A stretch of DNA of 64,000 bases from a virus. Every line of letters starts with the position of its first letter. Position 1 is the stretch's first letter. Where the stretch lies: IMG/VR virus record IMGVR_UViG_3300025128_000017, positions 1-64,000 of that record; one strand, given 5' to 3'. Below, piece after piece: positions 58,589 to 64,000 of the stretch. The position numbers and the translations under genes are program-made. The notes beneath the pieces are model-generated. The model was not told where the DNA came from. It ran no database searches and saw nothing but the letters and a program-made list of their open reading frames with translations.

Positions 58589-58797
58589 ATCATATTGCTA
58601 ATGTGAAAGCATGGAATCTTCTCAAAGGGAAAGAGGATGCACCAAATTATCGGAAAGCCACAGGACCAAAAAAATGTGGTAATTGTAAAGCATGGGATTC
58701 TTCAAAAACAAATGACCCAATGACAGGGTATTGTGAAATGTATGATTTTACTTGTAGAGCAGACCATACTTGTGATGCATGGGTGAGTAAAAAATGA
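58585..58797 (+). CDS. HiPIP-like Cys protein
   Basis: 'NY...CGNC..W...C.........CDAW'. Confidence 0.55.
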   Translation: MNHIANVKAWNLLKGKEDAPNYRKATGPKKCGNCKAWDSSKTNDPMTGYCEMYDFTCRADHTCDAWVSKK

Positions 58798-59102
58798 CAC
58801 GATGTACTTGTTATGATACTCTCGTAGTTAAAAACCTGAATCGTTGGTTTAAAGAAAAATGGGTAGATGTTTCAAGAAAAGACAAGGATGGCAAGCATCC
58901 ACCGTGTGGGAGAAGTAAAGCAAAACTTTCAGGTAAAGGCTATCCAAAGTGTAGACCTTCTGTAAAAGTTTCAAGCGATACACCAAAAACTTCTGGTTCA
59001 ATGAGTAGTGGACAAAAACAAGCAGCAACTAAAAGAAAAAGAGCCAAAAAACAAGGTGTTGGCGGAAAACCTACTATAGTAAAGATGGTTGGGGTGATAT
59101 AA
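58794..59102 (+). CDS. Small basic phage protein
   Basis: 'LNRWFKEKWVD...PCGRS...YPKCRPS'. Confidence 0.6.
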   Translation: MTRCTCYDTLVVKNLNRWFKEKWVDVSRKDKDGKHPPCGRSKAKLSGKGYPKCRPSVKVSSDTPKTSGSMSSGQKQAATKRKRAKKQGVGGKPTIVKMVGVI

Positions 59103-59455
59103 TGGAGCACGAGCCTTGTAATTGTTGCACACCTTTCCAACAAGCAACAGTCGCTTTGATGGATAATGTTTTTGAAAAGGCTAAAAAGAAATCTAAACCA
59201 TTTCACGGTTACAATCCAAACAGACATAGCAGAAGTGGTGGTCTAAATGCAAAAGGTCGTGCAAAGTTCAAAAGAGAGACAGGTGCAAATCTTAAAAGAC
59301 CTGTTACAAAGAAACCAAGTTCTCTAAAACCCGGTAGTAAAGCGGCAAAAAGAAGAAAGTCTTTCTGTGCAAGAATGGGTGGAAGTAAAGGTCCAACGAG
59401 CAAGGGTGGGAAACTTACCCCGAAAGGTGCAGCGTTGAAAAGATGGAATTGTTGA
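59102..59455 (+). CDS. Small basic phage protein
   Basis: 'GGLNAKGR...RRKSFCARM...RWNC'. Confidence 0.6.
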   Translation: MEHEPCNCCTPFQQATVALMDNVFEKAKKKSKPFHGYNPNRHSRSGGLNAKGRAKFKRETGANLKRPVTKKPSSLKPGSKAAKRRKSFCARMGGSKGPTSKGGKLTPKGAALKRWNC

Positions 59456-59544
59456 TTATTCCAATTATTCATTATTCTATCTATAATAAAGAATAATAAT
59501 ATATATTGTGTATAGAAAGAATAATGAAACATTAGAAACATTAG

Positions 59545-60237
59545 TTGTTAATTTTCAAAACCCTTATTATGTCAACCTCTGTGGCCTTTAACAAGGTCAT
59601 TACTATGGTAGGAGCGAACCACGATAATCACGAGATGAGATTGACAGGACTTATTCTTGCACAATCTGCACTAATTGGTGCGGCAGTAGGAATATTTGAC
59701 GCAGGTATTTGGTTGCCAGCAGGAACAACAGAAAACCATTGGGTAAACGGAATGACATACTCAATGGGTGCTTTAGCAGTGCAAATTCTAGCATACTATT
59801 TGTTTAAAATGTTCTTTGAACAGCAAATGCAAGAAAAAGTTAGAATTTCTGAAATGCAAAGGCAAAGAGATAGTAGATATAGAGAAATGCAATACAGCCA
59901 TGACCAGCGTAGACAGGATATGGAATTGAGAATGCAAGAAATGCAATTAGAAAAAGAAATTATGTGGATGCAACAAAATCCCGGTAAAGCATTTCCACAG
60001 TTTATGGATAAAACATCAAAATATAATTCTAGTAATGTTAGTGGTTTAGGGGTTGACTATAGTAGTTCTGCAAAACCACCGCAACATATGGCAGACGTAA
60101 GTAATTCTGCTTTAACTTTAGGTATGTCAGGTAACAATCTAAAAAGTGATGTTACACCACCAAGAAACATGGATGAAGATGGATATAGATTAAAAGCCGA
60201 TGGAACTATAGACAAAAGATTCAAGAAAAAAAGGTGA
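59545..60237 (+). CDS. Two-TM membrane protein with Q/M/R-rich coiled coil
   Basis: Two hydrophobic helices, heptads, C-terminal 'KADGTIDKRF'; start probably 59605. Confidence 0.7.
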   Translation: MLIFKTLIMSTSVAFNKVITMVGANHDNHEMRLTGLILAQSALIGAAVGIFDAGIWLPAGTTENHWVNGMTYSMGALAVQILAYYLFKMFFEQQMQEKVRISEMQRQRDSRYREMQYSHDQRRQDMELRMQEMQLEKEIMWMQQNPGKAFPQFMDKTSKYNSSNVSGLGVDYSSSAKPPQHMADVSNSALTLGMSGNNLKSDVTPPRNMDEDGYRLKADGTIDKRFKKKR

Positions 60238-60240
60238 TGT

Positions 60241-60507
60241 GTGAAAACGATGGGGCGTATCTTCAAGACACCAAAAGACGATTCAGTTGAAGAAACACTG
60301 AGAGCCATGCACTTGGCTAACACTGTTGATAATACCTATGAGTGGGGTGTTGGATGGTTACGAACTGTTATCTTTTCAGCAATAACTGCTCTGATTATTA
60401 GTTACGTTGAATCAGTTTCTGATTTTAGATTGTGGGGTTGGACTGTTGAATGGTCTTATGAACAGGCTAGAGATTTAGCAGACTGGCTTTATGCTAAAAT
60501 TGATTGA
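60241..60507 (+). CDS. Small membrane protein
   Basis: TM 'WLRTVIFSAITALIISYV' plus Trp-rich tail; AGGTGA RBS. Confidence 0.65.
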   Translation: MKTMGRIFKTPKDDSVEETLRAMHLANTVDNTYEWGVGWLRTVIFSAITALIISYVESVSDFRLWGWTVEWSYEQARDLADWLYAKID

Positions 60508-60519
60508 GGTGTATAAATT

Positions 60520-61233
60520 ATGATGACGGGTGGTAGCGTATTAGTAGGTGCTGCCTTATACGGTCAAGCGTTATATAATTCTTGGAAACCTAGAAGAGTA
60601 GGAATATATGGTACTAGTATGGTTGGTAAAACTACCTTAGATAGATATATGACAACACCGGGTGAAATGGAAGAAATTCCTGTAGATGAAAGAACTGACC
60701 ATTTTAAATTAATAACTAGATATATATTACCTAAACCTACAAGAAAACGAATTAGTTATTCCGGTGAAAAAAGAGTTGTTTATTCTTCTGATGTAGGAGG
60801 ACATGATAGATTTTGGAATCTTTGGATAGATGATATGGTTGCAAGACAAGTTGAATGCGTTGTATACATGTTTGATGATAGGGCTTTTGCAGGTGGTCCT
60901 GATGGTATAGACCAATTAGCCGGATTCAAGTTTTTAGTTGATGCTTTGATAAATCGTAATTATAGGTATAGAACTCTTAAAAGTAGATTAAAGGGTAAAA
61001 GATACGCTCCTAGATTACTTATGTTAGTAGCAAATAAGGCTGATAGATTCTTTGATAAAAGTGCAGCAGATTTATGGTCACAAGGAAGAATAGGTGAACA
61101 TAAAATATTTGACCCGTTTAGAGATGAGTTGATTAGATTGCAAAAAGCAAACCTACCAACAAAACGTGCTTTCATGGCAACTAGGGTAGGTTGGAACGTA
61201 GAGCCAACAATGGTAGATTTATTGACTACATGA
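60520..61233 (+). CDS. Small Ras-superfamily (Arf/Sar1-like) GTPase
   Basis: G1 GTSMVGKT, G2 PT, G3 DVGGH, G4 NKAD, G5-like MAT..G.NV. Confidence 0.88.
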   Translation: MMTGGSVLVGAALYGQALYNSWKPRRVGIYGTSMVGKTTLDRYMTTPGEMEEIPVDERTDHFKLITRYILPKPTRKRISYSGEKRVVYSSDVGGHDRFWNLWIDDMVARQVECVVYMFDDRAFAGGPDGIDQLAGFKFLVDALINRNYRYRTLKSRLKGKRYAPRLLMLVANKADRFFDKSAADLWSQGRIGEHKIFDPFRDELIRLQKANLPTKRAFMATRVGWNVEPTMVDLLTT

Positions 61234-61262
61234 GTGACCTTTTTTATGTGTAACGGTGTCGG

Positions 61263-61451
61263 ATGTATATGGCGAGAGGTGCGACGAGTACTGTTTTAGT
61301 TCCAATTGGTGGAGCAAGTAAGTCACTTAGGACTACTGTGCCTATGTGGATTATTAAACAATTTAACCTCGATGCTGGCAGTAAACTTAATTGGAGAATA
61401 GACATCGAAGGCGACGAGATGCTCATCAAAGTGTCTCCTGTGGAGAAGTGA
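61263..61451 (+). CDS. AbrB/MazE-like DNA-binding protein
   Basis: 'SLRTTVPMWIIKQFNLDAGSKLNW'. Confidence 0.8.
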   Translation: MYMARGATSTVLVPIGGASKSLRTTVPMWIIKQFNLDAGSKLNWRIDIEGDEMLIKVSPVEK

Positions 61452-61455
61452 AAAA

Positions 61456-62487
61456 ATGGTTTTAGATATACCGGATAACATGTATCGAACACTTACCAAC
61501 ACACCATTACAAACACATTCTTTGTCATCGTTGAATGAGGCTGCTATGATGGCGATGGCTCAACAAGGCAATCCTCAATTTAATCAAGGAGCAATCATGG
61601 AACAAGCCACTGCACAACAACACATGCAGCAATACGGTACACAATTAAATCTTCAAGTTCCTAAAGTTAATTTTTATCCTTCTAATAATCCTGACCCACG
61701 AAAAGCAAGAAGAAAGGATATTAAACAAGCATATAAACTATTATCTCCGACAAAACGTTCTATATTCGACCCTAGAAGATGGGTAGGTAGTAAATATAGA
61801 TATAATAAAGATACAGGAGTTTGTTGTATTGATGGTTGTAATGTTAAAGAATTAATACAACATGACAATCTGTATGCTAGAATTAGTGATGAAGAAACAG
61901 GTGTAAGTCTGTGGGAACTTTACTGGACAAACCCTATCACTTCACAACCTGAAGCATTTATTGCAAGAACCGGGGTTACTAGTGGTCGTAGATTACAAGC
62001 AACTTATTGTCCTGAACATCTACATCTTTATCATTTACTTTGTAAATGGGAAACAGAACAAGATAAAGAAGATGAATTAAAACCATCTTATTTTAAAGAT
62101 AAAGTAAACAAGGGTGTAAGTTTAGTTACTGTACCTGTTACTGCCATGCAAAGTAAAGAAACACAAATGCCTGAGTTAGTACAAAAATATGAAAACTTCT
62201 TTAAAGAAATAGAAAAAGACTCTAATAGAACTAAAGGGATTAATGTTTGGCACGTACCAAATCCAGAAACTGGATTAAATGATATTACTATGATACAGTT
62301 TGACATGAGAATGTTCCAAAAAGAAGAAGTGCAACAACAAATTGCTGCTCAACAAGCATTTCAAACAGTTTTAAACCAACAGGCTCAAGTTCTTAACCCC
62401 GCCACGGTAGTGCAACCACCACCTGTAACACCAGCACCGGCGGTAATACCAGTAACAGAAATACAACAAAATGAGGTGACACAATAA
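61456..62487 (+). CDS. Hypothetical protein, Gln-rich ends and Cys/His core
   Basis: 'CCIDGC...YCPEH'; low-complexity termini. Confidence 0.65.
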   Translation: MVLDIPDNMYRTLTNTPLQTHSLSSLNEAAMMAMAQQGNPQFNQGAIMEQATAQQHMQQYGTQLNLQVPKVNFYPSNNPDPRKARRKDIKQAYKLLSPTKRSIFDPRRWVGSKYRYNKDTGVCCIDGCNVKELIQHDNLYARISDEETGVSLWELYWTNPITSQPEAFIARTGVTSGRRLQATYCPEHLHLYHLLCKWETEQDKEDELKPSYFKDKVNKGVSLVTVPVTAMQSKETQMPELVQKYENFFKEIEKDSNRTKGINVWHVPNPETGLNDITMIQFDMRMFQKEEVQQQIAAQQAFQTVLNQQAQVLNPATVVQPPPVTPAPAVIPVTEIQQNEVTQ

Positions 62488-63110
62488 TGGGATTATTTTC
62501 TACAACACCAGCAAGCAACAATTCATCATTTAGTTTAGGAGCACCTGTAATGAATACTGCACCTCCTACACAACAAGGTTATCAGAATTCTTACGGTGCA
62601 TCACCATTGACTGCTGGCATATTAGGTGGTGCTGGTATAACTCCGCAACAGTATGGGATGCCCGTTGCCCCACCTTCTGAAACAGATGTTTTAGCAGCCA
62701 TGTTAACAACTTTACAACCGATAGATAGATTTATTGTCAGTCAAAATATGCCTGTATTCATAGAAATGCTTTCTAACATAACCACATTTTCTCTTCTGAA
62801 TGTGTTAAAAAATGCTACTTTTAAACTAGATGAAGAGGGTAACATGTCATTAGATGTTATGTCTTTACCTAGTGATTTACAGACATTAAGTGCAGAAAAT
62901 ATTGTTGCACAACTAAATAGTTTACAAAACACATCCATGCAATCCATCCAATCTGCTGAACAACAAAGGATGCAAATAAAAGCAATGGCTGACCAATCGT
63001 TATTACAAGGTGCTCTTGGTGCAGCAATGCAACCCGGCGTTATGGAAAATGTTGGACAGGCTGCTGGTGGATTTTTCAATAGAGCATTATTTGGAGGTAC
63101 AATGAAATGA
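62487..63110 (+). CDS. Hypothetical protein, Pro/Gln-rich N-terminus and amphipathic C-terminus
   Basis: TAATG-coupled; GAGGTG RBS. Confidence 0.65.
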   Translation: MGLFSTTPASNNSSFSLGAPVMNTAPPTQQGYQNSYGASPLTAGILGGAGITPQQYGMPVAPPSETDVLAAMLTTLQPIDRFIVSQNMPVFIEMLSNITTFSLLNVLKNATFKLDEEGNMSLDVMSLPSDLQTLSAENIVAQLNSLQNTSMQSIQSAEQQRMQIKAMADQSLLQGALGAAMQPGVMENVGQAAGGFFNRALFGGTMK

Positions 63111-63352
63111 TAAATGGAGGAAGTATAACACCTAAGCCAGTTGCCGATATGACGTTACAATTTTTTAATCCTAGACATAGCACAATTGTCGATATGATTA
63201 TGATACAATTAATTGCAGCCATCATTACTAGTTTGATTATTTTAATATACAAAGGAAATGAAATTTCACAAAATGATGCTACACTTTTCTTAGTTGGAAT
63301 CTTTGCATCTTTCATTTTATTAACTACAGTGTATTCACGTATAACGAGATGA
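63107..63352 (+). CDS. Two-TM small membrane protein
   Basis: Two ~20-aa hydrophobic stretches; ATGA-coupled. Confidence 0.7.
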   Translation: MINGGSITPKPVADMTLQFFNPRHSTIVDMIMIQLIAAIITSLIILIYKGNEISQNDATLFLVGIFASFILLTTVYSRITR

Positions 63353-63406
63353 TGATAGTCTCTTTTTCTAACAAACTTAATTTGCTACGCATGTAGTCGA
63401 CACATC

Positions 63407-64000
63407 GTGACCGAGCGTGAGCAAGTGACAAAAAGGTCCTGTGCCTTTTGTCAACATCCTGATAGGAATGACTTGGAAGACATGATAAGGAACGGAGAAA
63501 CTTCCATAAAAACTCTCGACAAAGACATGGGTTGGAGAGCCAATACAGCAGACCGTCATTTTAGAAATCATATGGGAGAATATCACATGGCTGCTAATCC
63601 TAGTTGTGTAATTTGCACACATCCTGAAAGAGCAGAATTTGAAAATAGGTTTTTTACAGATGGTTCTCAATCTGATATAATAGCCAAAGAATTAGATGTT
63701 GCTGAAAATACTGTTTACCATCATATGAAACATCACTTTCAACCTTTAGTACAAAGGTCTGCTGCTACTGAAGTTGTAGTAAAAGTAGGACATGAAGTGA
63801 ATGTGTTGAGAAATAATGTAGAAAAACTCAATAATAGATTAAATGATTTCTTAGATGAATCTACAGGTTATGAAGATGGTTTTGTTCGAGATGCAGTTAC
63901 ATTACATAAAGAAGTTAGAGAAAGCATAAAAGATTTAGTCAAGTTCAATGAAGCATGGGGTACAACCGCAGAAGGTACTCAAGTCAATCAAACAATCAAT
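63407..64000 (+). CDS. Partial terminase-small-subunit-like protein (runs off window, not in track)
   Basis: GTG start; 'CAFCQHPDR...RHFRNH' and 'CVICTHPER...IAKEL...HHMKHH' tandem Zn/HTH units, then coiled coil. Confidence 0.55.
   Translation, partial: MTEREQVTKRSCAFCQHPDRNDLEDMIRNGETSIKTLDKDMGWRANTADRHFRNHMGEYHMAANPSCVICTHPERAEFENRFFTDGSQSDIIAKELDVAENTVYHHMKHHFQPLVQRSAATEVVVKVGHEVNVLRNNVEKLNNRLNDFLDESTGYEDGFVRDAVTLHKEVRESIKDLVKFNEAWGTTAEGTQVNQTIN

Larger units (their letters stand above)
1..64000. mobile_element. Segment of a tailed archaeal virus genome (magrovirus-like)
   Basis: Tail fibres, thermosome, archaeal-type PolB/primase/RFC/ERCC4, dense small ORFs, GGTGA RBS and TATA promoters; no housekeeping genes. 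Confidence 0.88.

Overview
The window is part of a tailed (Caudoviricetes-like) virus genome that infects archaea. Gene content best fits a Marine Group II/Poseidoniales virus (magrovirus-like); this is inferred from the group II chaperonin, the archaeal-type replication genes and the GGTGA/GAGGTG ribosome-binding sites. Layout: (1) 1-12980 (+), tail and fibre genes. (2) ~13000-30800 (-), thermosome plus a replication block: DEDDy exonuclease, MCM-like helicase, ERCC4 nuclease, PriS-PriL primase, Cas4-like nuclease, PCNA-like clamp, PolB, recombination ATPase, SSB, RFC, degenerate ligase. (3) ~30800-53161 (-), early/accessory genes driven by a repeated 17-bp TATA promoter, including ArdC, SNF2 helicase, MT-A70 methylase and a dikinase-like/phosphatase operon. 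(4) 53230-53790, a repeat-rich divergent non-coding region. (5) 53793-64000 (+), a cluster of unrelated small proteins sharing a short 'F-D-x-A-W-x-x-L-K' peptide, an Arf/Sar1-like small GTPase with membrane-protein neighbours, and a truncated terminase-small-subunit-like gene. Best candidates for undescribed systems: the small-GTPase/membrane module, the shared-peptide putative capsid-targeting family, the His-dikinase/CX5R-phosphatase operon, and minimal TFS-, TFB- and PC4-like proteins. All assignments are by eye from motifs; no searches were run. No tRNA, rRNA or CRISPR array was seen.
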